NCBI GenBank assembly: GCA_041660745.1
Contig: JBAZVT010000003.1
Location: 1,880 to 65,879, forward strand
Direction of reading: 5' to 3'
DNA from: Minisyncoccota bacterium
Lineage (GTDB): Bacteria; Patescibacteriota; Minisyncoccia; Phycocordibacterales; JBAZVT01
Length of the DNA: 64,000 bases
Shown here: positions 27,671-41,500 of the stretch, one piece after another
Numbering within the stretch: position 1 is the stretch's first letter
How the letters are laid out: each line of letters starts with the position of its first letter
Translations under genes and position numbers: made by a program
Notes under the pieces: generated by a model
What the model was told of the DNA's origin: nothing
The model's input: only the letters and a program-made list of their open reading frames with translations
The model's database searches: none

Positions 27671-29047
27671 ATGAGAATTCTATTCATCTCAAACGACCTT
27701 ATAGCTGGAAATCTCGCCTATCGCCTCAAACAAGAAGGTCATGATGTTAAGTTGTTCGTTGAAGAACCCCTCAGTAAAGAATGCTTCTCTGGATTAGTAG
27801 AAAAAATCGAAGATTGGAAAAAGGAACTTGATTGGGTTGGAAAAGACGGGTTGATTGTTTTTGATGACGCAGGATACGGTGAAATGCAAGAAAAGCTTCG
27901 TAACGATGGCTATACTGTATTTGGCGGTTGCTATGTTGGCGACAAACTTGAAACAGAAAGAGAGTACGGCCAAGCAATCTTCAAAGAATACGGCCTCAAG
28001 ACAGCTCCCCTCAAAAACTTTTCTTCTGTCCAAGATGCAATTGCATATGTAAAGAAAAATGGTGGGTCCTGGGTTATCAAACAAAACAACCACAACTTCA
28101 AACATCTCAGCTACGTGGGTAAATTTGAGGACGGAAGAGATATTGTTAACGTTCTAGAAAACTACGAACTACGCAACGGAGAGATAGACAAAATTACTCT
28201 GCATAAAAAGATTGAAGGCGTGGAAATAGGAGTGGGTAGATATTTTAATGGAACAGACTGGGTAGGGCCAATAGAATATAATATAGAACATACGAAACTA
28301 TTCCCTGGCTGTATTGGACCGACAACGAGCGAAATGGGAACTCTTGCTTGGTATGACGATGATGAATCAGGCAAACTTTTTAAAGAAAATTTAAATCTTC
28401 TCAAGCCATTCCTGCAACATATAGGCTATCGAGGTGATTTTGAAGTCAATTTTATAGTTAACGAGACGGGTGCATATCCACTGGAAGCAACCGCGCGTCT
28501 CGGCACCCCCATCATTCATTTGCATGATGAGATACACGAGAGTCCATGGGGAGAATTTTTATATGCCATCGCCCGTGGTGAACAATATGATTTAAAATAC
28601 AAGAAAGGATTTGGTATTGTCGTTGTTATTGCCACTCCCCCATTCCCATACTCAGAACGTGCTTACAATAGACTTTCAAACAACAACTCATACCGCTACA
28701 ACATATATTTTGATCACGAGATGAGCGCAGAAGAAATGAGCCATATTCATTTTGAAGAGGTGGCTGTGCGTGCTACTGATCCAAAACAACTCTATGTTGC
28801 AGACAGCCGAGGTAATGTTCTCTATGTTACTGGTATGGGACAAACAATCCAGGAAGCACGGGATATCACCTACGAAAAAATAAAACCGATTGTTATTCCT
28901 AAAATGTTCTACAGAAACGATATCGGAGTCGAATTTGAAAAAAATAGTCTTGGAAAACTTAAGGAATGGGGCTACATAGCCGACGGAGAAAAAAGTGAGG
29001 TAGCAGAAATGAACACAATTAGTGAGAAAACGATCGTAGGAATATAA
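27671..29047 (+). CDS. ATP-grasp enzyme of the phosphoribosylamine-glycine ligase (PurD) family, divergent N-domain
   Basis: Collinear with PurD: ...QAIFKEYGLKTAPLKNFSSVQDAIAYVKKNGGSWVIKQNN (A-domain), YRGDFEVNFIVNETGAYPLEATARLGTP (compare FNCRFGDPE), GFGIVVVIATPPFP. Lacks the canonical GNGGREHAL N-terminal motif. Confidence 0.65.
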   Translation: MRILFISNDLIAGNLAYRLKQEGHDVKLFVEEPLSKECFSGLVEKIEDWKKELDWVGKDGLIVFDDAGYGEMQEKLRNDGYTVFGGCYVGDKLETEREYGQAIFKEYGLKTAPLKNFSSVQDAIAYVKKNGGSWVIKQNNHNFKHLSYVGKFEDGRDIVNVLENYELRNGEIDKITLHKKIEGVEIGVGRYFNGTDWVGPIEYNIEHTKLFPGCIGPTTSEMGTLAWYDDDESGKLFKENLNLLKPFLQHIGYRGDFEVNFIVNETGAYPLEATARLGTPIIHLHDEIHESPWGEFLYAIARGEQYDLKYKKGFGIVVVIATPPFPYSERAYNRLSNNNSYRYNIYFDHEMSAEEMSHIHFEEVAVRATDPKQLYVADSRGNVLYVTGMGQTIQEARDITYEKIKPIVIPKMFYRNDIGVEFEKNSLGKLKEWGYIADGEKSEVAEMNTISEKTIVGI

Positions 29048-29064
29048 TTCGCATCCAAAAGAAC

Positions 29065-29090
29065 AAAAAACCGCCACACGGCGGTTTTTT
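29065..29090. terminator. bidirectional terminator between the PurD-like gene and epimerase paralog 1
   Basis: aaaaaaccgcc-acac-ggcggtttttt. Confidence 0.8.
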
Positions 29091-29104
29091 GTTACAGACT
29101 ATTT

Positions 29105-30064
29105 TTATGTTTCTAAAAGCTCTCGTATCCCATCTTCAATATTCACTGTTGGCTTCCAGTCGAGAAGTTTCTTAGCAAGCGCATTATCAGCAAGAGTGTG
29201 TTTCGGTTCTAAACGTCCAGAAATATGTTCAACGGGACCGCCAATAAGCTCGGCAATTTTATTAATTGAAACATTATTCCCCGCCCCAATATTTATCACC
29301 TCACCCTTCCCCACCTTATCACTTTCCATTGCCAAGATATTTGCTCGCACAACATCACGCACATGAGTAAAATCGCGAGTCTGTTTACCATCTCCAACAA
29401 TAGTCATTGGCTTCCCTACCTGTCGCTGTTTCAAAAAACTCGGGATTACAAGTGCATATGCACCCTCAGAACTCTGCCTCAAACCATATACATTAAAATA
29501 TCTGAGACTGACTGTAGGCACCCTGTACACCTCGCTCCATGTCTTGCAATATATTTCTCCAACATATTTTTGTAAGCCATAGGGACTCTTGGGCATTGCA
29601 GTCATAGACTCAACCAGTGGCATTGTTGGTTGGTCACCATATACAGAACTTGAAGCAGAATAAATAAGTTTTTTGACCCCTGCCCATCTACATGCCTCAA
29701 GCACATTTATTGTTCCGCCAATATTAACTTCGTTTGTTTCCTGAGGATGTTCTATAGAATACTGAACGCGAGGCAAAGCAGCACAATGGAAGACGTACTG
29801 AACATCTTTAAATACTTTCTTTATTGATTCCAGACTACACACATCGGCAATATGAAGTGTTGCTTTTTTGTTCACATTTTCTCTCCTCCCTTCAGATAAA
29901 TTATCTATAATATGCACATTGAAACCTCTTTCAACTAATGCATCAACTATATTAGAGCCAATAAAACCGGCACCGCCGGTTACAACAACTTTTATAGTTG
30001 ATGGCGGGATAGTGACTCGTTTTAGTCTACTTCGTTTTGTATTTTTATTTTTCATTATCATCAT
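29105..30064 (-). CDS. NAD-dependent epimerase/dehydratase (extended SDR; UDP-sugar 4-epimerase/UXS-like), paralog 1
   Basis: VVVTGGAGFIGSN Rossmann motif, YxxxK (YGLQKYVGE). The ORF-track start is TTG at 30094; ATGs at 30064, 30061, 30055; start uncertain. Confidence 0.85.
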   Translation of the reverse strand: MMIMKNKNTKRSRLKRVTIPPSTIKVVVTGGAGFIGSNIVDALVERGFNVHIIDNLSEGRRENVNKKATLHIADVCSLESIKKVFKDVQYVFHCAALPRVQYSIEHPQETNEVNIGGTINVLEACRWAGVKKLIYSASSSVYGDQPTMPLVESMTAMPKSPYGLQKYVGEIYCKTWSEVYRVPTVSLRYFNVYGLRQSSEGAYALVIPSFLKQRQVGKPMTIVGDGKQTRDFTHVRDVVRANILAMESDKVGKGEVINIGAGNNVSINKIAELIGGPVEHISGRLEPKHTLADNALAKKLLDWKPTVNIEDGIRELLET

Positions 30065-30177
30065 AGGAAGAGACATTATAACGTATCTAGACAACCAGTC
30101 ACTGTGGATTACTCACAAAAACTACACTAGCCCACAGAATATTTTTTTACGCATGAAAAAATAATTTTTATCCACAC

Positions 30178-30209
30178 ACAAAGCCGTTCGCTGATAAGCG
30201 AACGGCTTT
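30178..30209. other. 13-bp stem hairpin followed by T-rich tract in the inter-paralog spacer
   Basis: caaagccgttcgc-tgataa-gcgaacggctttg then tgatttatttttcg. Confidence 0.5.
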
Positions 30210-30239
30210 GTGATTTATTTTTCGTTTTCTTTTTCTATT

Positions 30240-30320
30240 GCCGACGTAGAGCGAACGAACTGAAAAAGTGCTGACTTTTTCAGTTCTGAGCCGAGGAAGG
30301 CATCAAAGGGTAAATACCCT
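30240..30320 (-). repeat. repeat family A copy 2 (inverted orientation), abutting the stop codon of epimerase paralog 2
   Basis: Reverse complement reads agggtatttaccctttgatgccttcctcggctcagaa-[actgaaaaagt cagc actttttcagt]-tcgttcgctctacgtcggc; flanks match copy 1 at 7402-7480, hairpin sequence differs but pairs. Confidence 0.75.
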
Positions 30321-31244
30321 TTATTTCTCCATCTCCAACAGCTCCCTTATCCCCTCCTCAATTTTCATTGATGGTTTCCAGCCAAGTAACTTACGGGCAC
30401 GTGAATTATCTGCAAGGGTGTGTTTCGGTTCAAGACGTGCGGGGATATGCTCTGCGGGACCGCCAATGAGTTTGGCGATTTCATTCACGGAAATATTCTG
30501 TCCGGATCCTATATTAATCACCTCGCCCTTCCCCACCTTATCGCTCCCCATCGCTAAAATATTTGCTTGTACAATATCTCGCACATGAGTGAAGTCGCGA
30601 GTCTGTGTACCATCTCCTGTAATAGTCATCTTCTTGCCCTCACGATGCTGTTTGAGAAACCGGGCAATAACAAGTGCATAAGCACCCTCTTCGCTCTGGC
30701 GAGGGCCGTAGGCATTAAAATAGCGCAAACTGACGGTAGACAAGCCATACACCTCACTCCACGTTTTACAATAGAGTTCCCCGACATATTTCTGTAAACC
30801 ATAGGGACTTTTTGGACTGGCAAGCATACCTTCCACAAGAGGCATTTTTGTCTGATCACCATATGCCGCAGATGAGGCGGAATAGATAAGTTTTTTCACC
30901 CCTGAAGCGCGACAGGCCTCAAGCACATTTATTGTTCCGCCAATATTAACCTCGTTTGTTTCTTGAGGATGTTCTATAGAATACTGAACTCGAGGCATCG
31001 CAGCAAGATGGAATACATAGTCAGCACCTTTGAATAATTTTTTCAGAGCTGTGAAATTACAAATATCTGCGACATGAAGATGTGCCTTTTTATGCACATT
31101 CTTTCTCTTCCCCTCCGAAAGATTATCTACAACATGAACATCGAAACCCTTCTCCACAAGTGCATCTGTTAGATTTGAACCTATAAATCCTGCTCCACCA
31201 GTGACGACAACTTTGATTTTTGAATCATTCTTCAATGCAGGCAT
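30321..31244 (-). CDS. NAD-dependent epimerase/dehydratase, paralog 2 (about 75% aa identity to paralog 1)
   Basis: MPALKNDSKIKVVVTGGAGFIGSN...; collinear with paralog 1 throughout. Confidence 0.88.
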   Translation of the reverse strand: MPALKNDSKIKVVVTGGAGFIGSNLTDALVEKGFDVHVVDNLSEGKRKNVHKKAHLHVADICNFTALKKLFKGADYVFHLAAMPRVQYSIEHPQETNEVNIGGTINVLEACRASGVKKLIYSASSAAYGDQTKMPLVEGMLASPKSPYGLQKYVGELYCKTWSEVYGLSTVSLRYFNAYGPRQSEEGAYALVIARFLKQHREGKKMTITGDGTQTRDFTHVRDIVQANILAMGSDKVGKGEVINIGSGQNISVNEIAKLIGGPAEHIPARLEPKHTLADNSRARKLLGWKPSMKIEEGIRELLEMEK

Positions 31245-31249
31245 AAAAA

Positions 31250-31702
31250 TTAAATATGATTTTTAATGTATTCAAACGCCTCTTTAAACATGTCGCGAGC
31301 ATCGTCAAAAGAAATTGTGGCAAGTGCTTGCTCAAATGGGAACCACTGACAATCACGGATCTCGGAAGGTTGTGGAGTGACAGACTGCCCTGGTGCGATG
31401 CCCACAAAAAATGTGAGTGTCCTGTGATATTTCTTTCCTTCACGCTCAAAGGAATACTCATTTACATACTTAGGCGAGTCTTGTATAAGAACCCCCGTAA
31501 GCCCAGTCTCCTCTCGAAGCTCTCTTTCGGCAGCAGCAACATCGGTTTCATTACCCTCTCGGTGACCCTTTGGGAAAAACCAATTTCCTGTCTTAGAACT
31601 TCGGACAAGTAAAAAGAACAGCTCGTTATCTTTCTTAAACACAGGAATAACCCCGTAAGAACTGTCTTCTATTACAGTTTCGTTTGTAGTCATTTGTTCC
31701 AT
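31250..31702 (-). CDS. NUDIX hydrolase
   Basis: Nudix box GHREGNETDVAAAERELREETGL; start probably MEQMTT (31702) rather than the upstream extension to 31792, which overlaps the preceding gene. Confidence 0.8.
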   Translation of the reverse strand: MEQMTTNETVIEDSSYGVIPVFKKDNELFFLLVRSSKTGNWFFPKGHREGNETDVAAAERELREETGLTGVLIQDSPKYVNEYSFEREGKKYHRTLTFFVGIAPGQSVTPQPSEIRDCQWFPFEQALATISFDDARDMFKEAFEYIKNHI

Positions 31703-31745
31703 GATAGCATAAAATCGGGGTGTTTTCCTAAACGCCCCGATTTTC

Positions 31746-33137
31746 TTAAACCCCAGTTCGTGAAATAAGAGCCTTGAGCGTTTTAAGTGCAATTTTAATG
31801 TCTAGCACAACAGAGCGATTTTTGATGTAATACAAGTCGTAGGAAAGCTTTGTTTTAGTCTCAGATGCTGCCGCGTCAAACTTGGGCGGAGCGACCTGGT
31901 ACAGCTGTGCCCACCCAGAAAGACCGGGCTTAATTAAGTGGCGGATATTGTAATATGGAATCTCTTTTTCATACACCTTCACAAGTTCCGGCATTTCAGG
32001 ACGAGGACCAATAAGTGACAAGTCCCCTTTCATCACATTCCACAACTGAGGCAACTCATCAATACGAGTCTTACGAAGAAAAGCGCCAACACGAGTAATG
32101 CGACGTGCATTATTACCCTCGCGAAGATCCACAGACATGCTGCGGAATTTAATCACTCGAACAGTTTTGTTGTTTACCCCCACACGCTCTTGAATAAAGA
32201 AAAATGGCTTGCCGTCTTCTATCAAAATCGCAAACATAACAAAAGGAGTAATAATAAGAGCAATGATTCCGAGAATAACAGCAATAATAATATCCATCAC
32301 ACGCTTTAGGGCATCATAGGTCACTTTTGGTGAAACAGAAATGTTTTCCAAAAACCAATTATATCTCACAAGTGAAAGAGGAATCCGATCGAAAATATCC
32401 TCATATATTTTATGCATATCAATAAAATGTACCTTTGAAAAAATGAGATTGTATAATGAGGGCAAAATAGGTTCCACTTTTTCATTACGCAAATCAATGG
32501 CGATCATATGAATATCCTCTCCGTACACCCGAGAGACAATCTCTTGTTGAAAATCAACACCCTGAACCTTGTCCAAGTCTAACGACGACACGAAGCGAAT
32601 ATTATAACGTGAATTATTATTAACCTCCTCCACCAGTTCTTTCATTTCTGAACCAGATGCTACAATAATTGCATTCTCTTTCTTCCCTGCTCCAAAAAAC
32701 TCCACCCCATAAATACGCCATAGAAGCATGAAGCCAAAAGATATAATGAGATATATAAAAAGATTTGTTTTTGGGGTTATTCCAAAGTACGGAATGAAGT
32801 AAAAGAAAAGAACAGCAATAATGCTATTTATTACCTGAGCCTGAAATATAATATGCGGCAATTTCTTTTTAAGAAAAACTGTGTGCTTTTCATAGAGGCC
32901 AGCAATATAGAAGACAGCAATCCACACCGCAAAAAGCATTGAAAACGGTACGGCATGACTCACGAAGAGTTCTTGGGATGGTAATCCACCATATCGGACG
33001 ACGAGCATTATCCATAGAGAAATAAAGAAAAAAATGATATCCCCAAGGAATAGCACGAGTGACTCTTTTTTACCGTTATAAACCATAATGAAGCATACTA
33101 CAACAGTTTTGGCATTTGATAAAGACCTCAAATTCAC
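31746..33137 (-). CDS. polyprenyl-phosphate sugar phosphotransferase (WbaP/CpsE bacterial sugar transferase family)
   Basis: N-terminal TM helices and C-terminal PF02397-type domain: KPFFFIQERVGVNNKTVRVIKFRSM...RIDELPQLWNVMKGDLSLIGPRP. Confidence 0.85.
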   Translation of the reverse strand: MNLRSLSNAKTVVVCFIMVYNGKKESLVLFLGDIIFFFISLWIMLVVRYGGLPSQELFVSHAVPFSMLFAVWIAVFYIAGLYEKHTVFLKKKLPHIIFQAQVINSIIAVLFFYFIPYFGITPKTNLFIYLIISFGFMLLWRIYGVEFFGAGKKENAIIVASGSEMKELVEEVNNNSRYNIRFVSSLDLDKVQGVDFQQEIVSRVYGEDIHMIAIDLRNEKVEPILPSLYNLIFSKVHFIDMHKIYEDIFDRIPLSLVRYNWFLENISVSPKVTYDALKRVMDIIIAVILGIIALIITPFVMFAILIEDGKPFFFIQERVGVNNKTVRVIKFRSMSVDLREGNNARRITRVGAFLRKTRIDELPQLWNVMKGDLSLIGPRPEMPELVKVYEKEIPYYNIRHLIKPGLSGWAQLYQVAPPKFDAAASETKTKLSYDLYYIKNRSVVLDIKIALKTLKALISRTGV

Positions 33138-33235
33138 CGCCCCACCCTAAAAAGGTCGGACCTTTTTATGACAACTTTTGAAATACTTGTCTAGGAATTG
33201 CTGTTTTAAAGGGTTATTTTGTGTATAATACAACA

Positions 33236-34366
33236 ATGAAAAACAAGAAAAAGGTCCTTCATCTCATTACCAAATCCAACTTTGGTGGCGCACAACGGTA
33301 CGTCTTTGACCTAGCGACATCTCTACCGAAAGAAGCGTACGAAACAACTGTAGCATTTGGTGGACATGGAATTCTTGAAGAAAAGCTACACACTGCAGGC
33401 ATACGGACAATCACCATACAAAACCTAGAGCGCAATATTGGTATTTTGAAAGATATCTCACTTGTATTTTCATTACGAAAGTTATTCAAGAGCGAAAAAC
33501 CAGATATTGTACACGTAAATAGCTCAAAAATAGGCGGCGTAGGAGCCTTGGCAGCACGCTGGGCCGGTATTCCGAAAATCGTCTTCACAGCTCACGGCTG
33601 GGCATTCAACGAGCCACGTGGATATTTTTCACAAACAGCCATCAAGTTCCTCTCGTGGCTCACCGTGCTTTTTTCTACCGATGTAATCGTACTTTCACAA
33701 AAAGAATTTGACCAGGCGAGCGATTGGCTCTGCACACAAAAGAAGCTGCGGATCATTCCTACAAGCGTCACGGCGACAACCTTTGCAACCCAGACAGAAT
33801 CACGCAATGCAGTGGCGCCACACATAGAACCGGGGAAAGTATGGCTTGGAAGTATCGCGGAACTGCATCGCAACAAAGGACTCGATATTCTCGTGGATGT
33901 TTTTGCAGAGATTGCACACACATACCCCAACACAGTCTTGGTTTTGATTGGCGGCGGCGAGGAAGAAGAAAATCTCAAGAAAAAAATATCTGAGTATGGG
34001 TTGCAAGAGCGAGTGGTTCTGCCTGGATATATACTCGACGCAAAAAAATATCTTCCAGCGTTTGATATATTTGTACTCCCCTCCCGCAAAGAAGGCTTGC
34101 CGTATGTGATTTTAGAGGCTGGGCAAGCAGGTGTACCAATTATCTCAACAAGTGTTGGGGGAATACCAGAAATAATAGAAGATATGAAAAGTGGCATACT
34201 CGTGCGCCCACAGTCTGTATACGAACTCAAAAAAGGGCTAGAATATGCACTCACCCATTCCGAAGAAATGAAAAAGTATGCGCGAACACTTCAAGAAAAA
34301 ATCACTCAAAATTATTCACTGGAAAAACTTTTAGAAAAAACAGAAGAAGTATATAGAAAAAAATAA
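33236..34366 (+). CDS. GT4-family glycosyltransferase
   Basis: KVLHLITKSNFGGAQRYVFDL N-domain; C-terminal EGLPYVILEAGQAGVPIISTSVGGIPEII (E-x7-E motif). Confidence 0.8.
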   Translation: MKNKKKVLHLITKSNFGGAQRYVFDLATSLPKEAYETTVAFGGHGILEEKLHTAGIRTITIQNLERNIGILKDISLVFSLRKLFKSEKPDIVHVNSSKIGGVGALAARWAGIPKIVFTAHGWAFNEPRGYFSQTAIKFLSWLTVLFSTDVIVLSQKEFDQASDWLCTQKKLRIIPTSVTATTFATQTESRNAVAPHIEPGKVWLGSIAELHRNKGLDILVDVFAEIAHTYPNTVLVLIGGGEEEENLKKKISEYGLQERVVLPGYILDAKKYLPAFDIFVLPSRKEGLPYVILEAGQAGVPIISTSVGGIPEIIEDMKSGILVRPQSVYELKKGLEYALTHSEEMKKYARTLQEKITQNYSLEKLLEKTEEVYRKK

Positions 34367-34408
34367 GGAGAAATAAACCGCGCCCCATGGGGCGCGGTTT
34401 ATTTCTCC
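34367..34408. terminator. bidirectional terminator between GT4 (+) and ftsW/rodA (-)
   Basis: ggagaaataaaccgcgcccc-atg-gggcgcggtttatttctcc. Confidence 0.8.
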
Positions 34409-34418
34409 TTATACTTTA

Positions 34419-35576
34419 TTATGCCCCCACCCCCACAATCTCGTTTCGAGCACTGTCTTTATGTGCTGGGCGACTATATCGACGCATGCCCATCAACAAA
34501 CCAATTGCGCCAAATTCAGTGAGCAAATGTGATCCTCCATAACTCATAAAAGGCACAGTAACACCAGTTACAGGCAACAAACCAATATTCATACCGATAT
34601 GGACAAGAAAATGACTGATAAACAATATAGCAACCCCACACCCGAACAATATCTCAAAATTTGTGGCTCCCCTCACTGCATTTGCAAGAACACGCCAAAT
34701 AATCACTCCGTACAAAACAAACAAAAGCATCACTCCAACATACCCCCACTCTTCAGCAAACGCTGCAAAAATAAAGTCCGTTTCATATTCAGGCAAGAAT
34801 TTTAATCGTGACTGCGTGCCGTAGCCAACACCCTTACCGAGGATCTGTCCCGAACCAACCGCAACTGTTGACTGATACGCATTGTATCCTGTACCACGAA
34901 TATCCGCGAGAGGATGTATAAAATTCATAATACGATTTTTTTGATAATCCTTAAACACCCCTACCCATAACCCACCAAAGACAAGCGCACCAATCAGAAA
35001 CACCGCAAACAAATGCTTTTTATTAATTCCAGAAACGAGCACCATTCCAAGCCAAATACAAAACATAATAATTGCTGATCCAAAATCTGGCTGGAGAAAG
35101 ACGAGCCCGAAGATAATAAACGCGTACACACCCGAAACAAGGATGTGTCGGATGTTGGCAATCTCAATATGTCGTCGCGAAAAATATTTTGCCAATACTA
35201 AAATAAGTATAACCTTGATTGGATCAGAAGGTTGAAACGACACGCCGCCTAGTTTAAACCAACTCTCTGCACCCTTTGTCGCAGTAACAAAGCCCAGAAG
35301 CACAAGGAGCACCACACATGATGAAGCAAATAATGCAACAAGGACACCTGTGCGACGCAAGAAACGAAAATCAATAAAACTAATTCCTATAGAAAAAAAA
35401 GTCATAATAAACACCCACAAAAGTTGTTTTTCAAACTGAAAATTACTTCCAACAAAGGAATTCATTGTTACCATCCCTGCAGCAGCAACAAGAAAAACTG
35501 CACACATAAGAATCCAATCAACAGAAAAGAAACTAGCGAAACGATGTGTGATATTTCTGCGAAAATCTTCTATCAT
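34419..35576 (-). CDS. SEDS-family peptidoglycan glycosyltransferase FtsW/RodA
   Basis: 10 TM; conserved GYNAYQSTVAVGSGQILGKGVGYGTQSRLKFLPEYETDFIFAAFAEEWG region. Confidence 0.9.
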   Translation of the reverse strand: MIEDFRRNITHRFASFFSVDWILMCAVFLVAAAGMVTMNSFVGSNFQFEKQLLWVFIMTFFSIGISFIDFRFLRRTGVLVALFASSCVVLLVLLGFVTATKGAESWFKLGGVSFQPSDPIKVILILVLAKYFSRRHIEIANIRHILVSGVYAFIIFGLVFLQPDFGSAIIMFCIWLGMVLVSGINKKHLFAVFLIGALVFGGLWVGVFKDYQKNRIMNFIHPLADIRGTGYNAYQSTVAVGSGQILGKGVGYGTQSRLKFLPEYETDFIFAAFAEEWGYVGVMLLFVLYGVIIWRVLANAVRGATNFEILFGCGVAILFISHFLVHIGMNIGLLPVTGVTVPFMSYGGSHLLTEFGAIGLLMGMRRYSRPAHKDSARNEIVGVGA

Positions 35577-35585
35577 AATGGGTTA

Positions 35586-36971
35586 CTATTTCAGACTGGA
35601 ATAAACCCGAGAAACTATTTCTATGGAAGTAGGGCCCTTCTTACAGATAGAAGTGGCAATATTATTATAAATACCTTTCAACTGATCGGTTGTTGCTGCA
35701 GTGTAGAAATGACCAGCCGAACTTGCTGCGTTTTTCAAGAAATCAGAACTCACCTTTGCACCGAGACCGATTGTATAAACTTCCACCCCACTCTCCTTTG
35801 CAGATGAGACGGCTGCCAACGCTTGTTGTTCAGGATATTTTACACTTTCACCAGCAGGATCCCGCGGTAACGTTGCGGCACCATCAGTGAGTAGTACGAG
35901 CACTTTACCCGCACGCTCATTATGTCGCGGCGATTCAAGCTCCTCCCGTGCTTTTGTAATCGCATCCGCGATATTTGTATTTTGCAAAACACCGGTCTTA
36001 ATTGAAATAGCGGTGATAGACTGCTTCAATACATCATACGCATTTGACAAGACGCTCGTTGTTGCGATCGTTGCTTCGTTAGCAAAAGAAACTACACCCG
36101 CCTGATCTTCTTTTCGAAGTTGCCCGAGAAAAGAAGCGGCAGCATTTTTTACATCAGTAAGTGGTTGGGGCGGATTCTTGTTGTCATCAGCCATACTGCC
36201 AGAACGATCCAGCGCAAGCACTATATCCACAGGAACATCACACATACCCTCACCTGCATCTATCGGCATTGGCCATGTAAACGTAACCCTCTTCTTCTCA
36301 CCGCCCAAGAGACCGTCTACAATTGTGCGAGATGAAGCTATGACATTTTCTTTACTATCAAAAATCAAAGCTATAAGTTCTATATTTTGATACGGATCAA
36401 CTCCAGGATTAGACACTGTTACATCCAAACGTGGTGTGGTATCTCTACCCGTGAGAACTGTATTTTCTGTTTTTATTTCAGGTTCTTGTCCTGAAAACTT
36501 TTTCCAAAGTATTTTACCGGGGAACTCAAGCGTCACACGATTAGGTTTTGCTTTGTCCAAGACTAAATTTTGTTCAAAAATAGCAGTACTTTTCCGTGCA
36601 GGAAGAAACGTAACCCCTTCTTTCGTCGCAAGAAGATTGTTCTGCCTATCAAATACTCTAAAAATATATGGGGCACTAACAGCACGAGCAGTAGCGTTTG
36701 GATTTTCTACATACGCAGCCAAACTGTATACATTCCCTTTTATATTAAAAGACCGAGCCCAATGGATAATAGGGTTAATCGTCTGCGCAGTACAAAGCAG
36801 TGAACATGTTCCCCCACAATCAATCCCTTCTTCAACACCATTCTGCTTGCCATCTGCACATGTTGGACGTTGATATATGAGAATCGCTAAAGGAATAGCA
36901 ATAATTAGAAAAACGGTTAAGAAAAAACCGCCGCCATATAACATTTTTCTACGCGTTGCCCATGCTGACAT
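35586..36971 (-). CDS. membrane-anchored von Willebrand factor A (VWA) domain protein
   Basis: N-terminal TM; MIDAS motif DIVLALDRSGSM...VLVLLTDG; co-directional and adjacent to ftsW/rodA. Confidence 0.8.
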   Translation of the reverse strand: MSAWATRRKMLYGGGFFLTVFLIIAIPLAILIYQRPTCADGKQNGVEEGIDCGGTCSLLCTAQTINPIIHWARSFNIKGNVYSLAAYVENPNATARAVSAPYIFRVFDRQNNLLATKEGVTFLPARKSTAIFEQNLVLDKAKPNRVTLEFPGKILWKKFSGQEPEIKTENTVLTGRDTTPRLDVTVSNPGVDPYQNIELIALIFDSKENVIASSRTIVDGLLGGEKKRVTFTWPMPIDAGEGMCDVPVDIVLALDRSGSMADDNKNPPQPLTDVKNAAASFLGQLRKEDQAGVVSFANEATIATTSVLSNAYDVLKQSITAISIKTGVLQNTNIADAITKAREELESPRHNERAGKVLVLLTDGAATLPRDPAGESVKYPEQQALAAVSSAKESGVEVYTIGLGAKVSSDFLKNAASSAGHFYTAATTDQLKGIYNNIATSICKKGPTSIEIVSRVYSSLK

Positions 36972-37250
36972 GCGAATATTATATCATATATTAAAATAAC
37001 TATGCGCAACAAAAAACTGCACTCTGGCAGTTTTTAAATCTAAATGAGTATCGAATACTAAGTTCTGGGTCATGCTTCTCCTTCTTACAGAAGCTGTACA
37101 CCTTTTGGATATAATTTCGCAAAACTCAATTCTATCTCAAAAGGTCTTGCGCTGGGGACCCAACCCCAGCTCACCCTCCAATGGAGGGGAAAGTAATAAA
37201 AAAACACTCGAGTGGAGTGCTTTTTTCATCTTCTGTAATCGAATACTAAG

Positions 37251-37361
37251 TTCTGGCGGCTAGCTACTTTCCCCTCCATAAGAGTATCATCACCGCAAGA
37301 GAGCTTAACTTCTGAGTTCGGAATGAGATCAGGTGTATCCCCTCCGCCATACCACCAGAAC
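37251..37361 (-). rRNA. rrf: 5S ribosomal RNA
   Basis: Minus-strand sequence gttctggtggtatggcggagggg...ccgaactcagaagttaagctct...gccgccagaac matches the 5S consensus (CCGAACUCAGAAGUGAAAC loop C). Confidence 0.85.
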
Positions 37362-37519
37362 TTAAAATTCGATATATCAAAAAACAAACCTAATAATTAC
37401 ACGGAAATACACACATCTCGCCCATCGCGAGTAGTATATAATTCCATGTAACAGGGTAAAAAACAAAAAATCTTTCTGTGACGTATCACAGAAGTGGATC
37501 TCAAATTTCCTAATAGAAA

Positions 37520-40895
<3,376 letters not shown>

Positions 40896-41221
40896 TTCCC
40901 ATTAGGAAATTTAAGAACCACAATATATTTTTTGTTTTTGTTTTACCCTGTTACATAGAATCATCTACATAACAAGTTACTTCTACATTTTACCTGCGTA
41001 TCTCCAGCTTCGAAAAGACCATATAAAATGGTTGCTGGGATACAATGAACAAATCTTATCCCGATGTGAATCGAGAATCAGCAAATGTTATTTTTCAAGG
41101 TATCGATCGTTCGGAAATAAAAAACCGCTTTTTGAGGCGGGGGTGGACTACACAAGAATACTTGGTCGTCTAACTCCGCTTTAAAATGTGGTTAGTGATC
41201 TGCATATCTGTAATGGGTATT

Positions 41222-41249
41222 AGTATACTCATAGAATAAATCCTGTCAA
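41222..41249 (-). promoter_or_regulatory. candidate rRNA promoter TTGACA-N16-TATACT (minus strand) about 330 nt upstream of 23S
   Basis: Plus-strand tgtcaa at 41244-41249 and agtata at 41222-41227, read on the minus strand. Confidence 0.5.
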
Positions 41250-41500
41250 CACTTTTTCATTCCTTTTACATATTGCACATACAGACACCTCTTTTGTATA
41301 CATTTTAGCCCTAAGATCCTATTCAAAATCTAAACGCAAAATAGTAATATAAATATTTGCTTGTCTGTCTAAACTTCCAAATTTCGGCTACAAATCAATT
41401 ATTTCTCCTCAACAGGTCTCGACATGCTTCGTCGAAATAAATTATTTTTCGCTCGAAATTTGGAAGTTTATTTCAGACATTAGATATTGAACAGGCTCTT

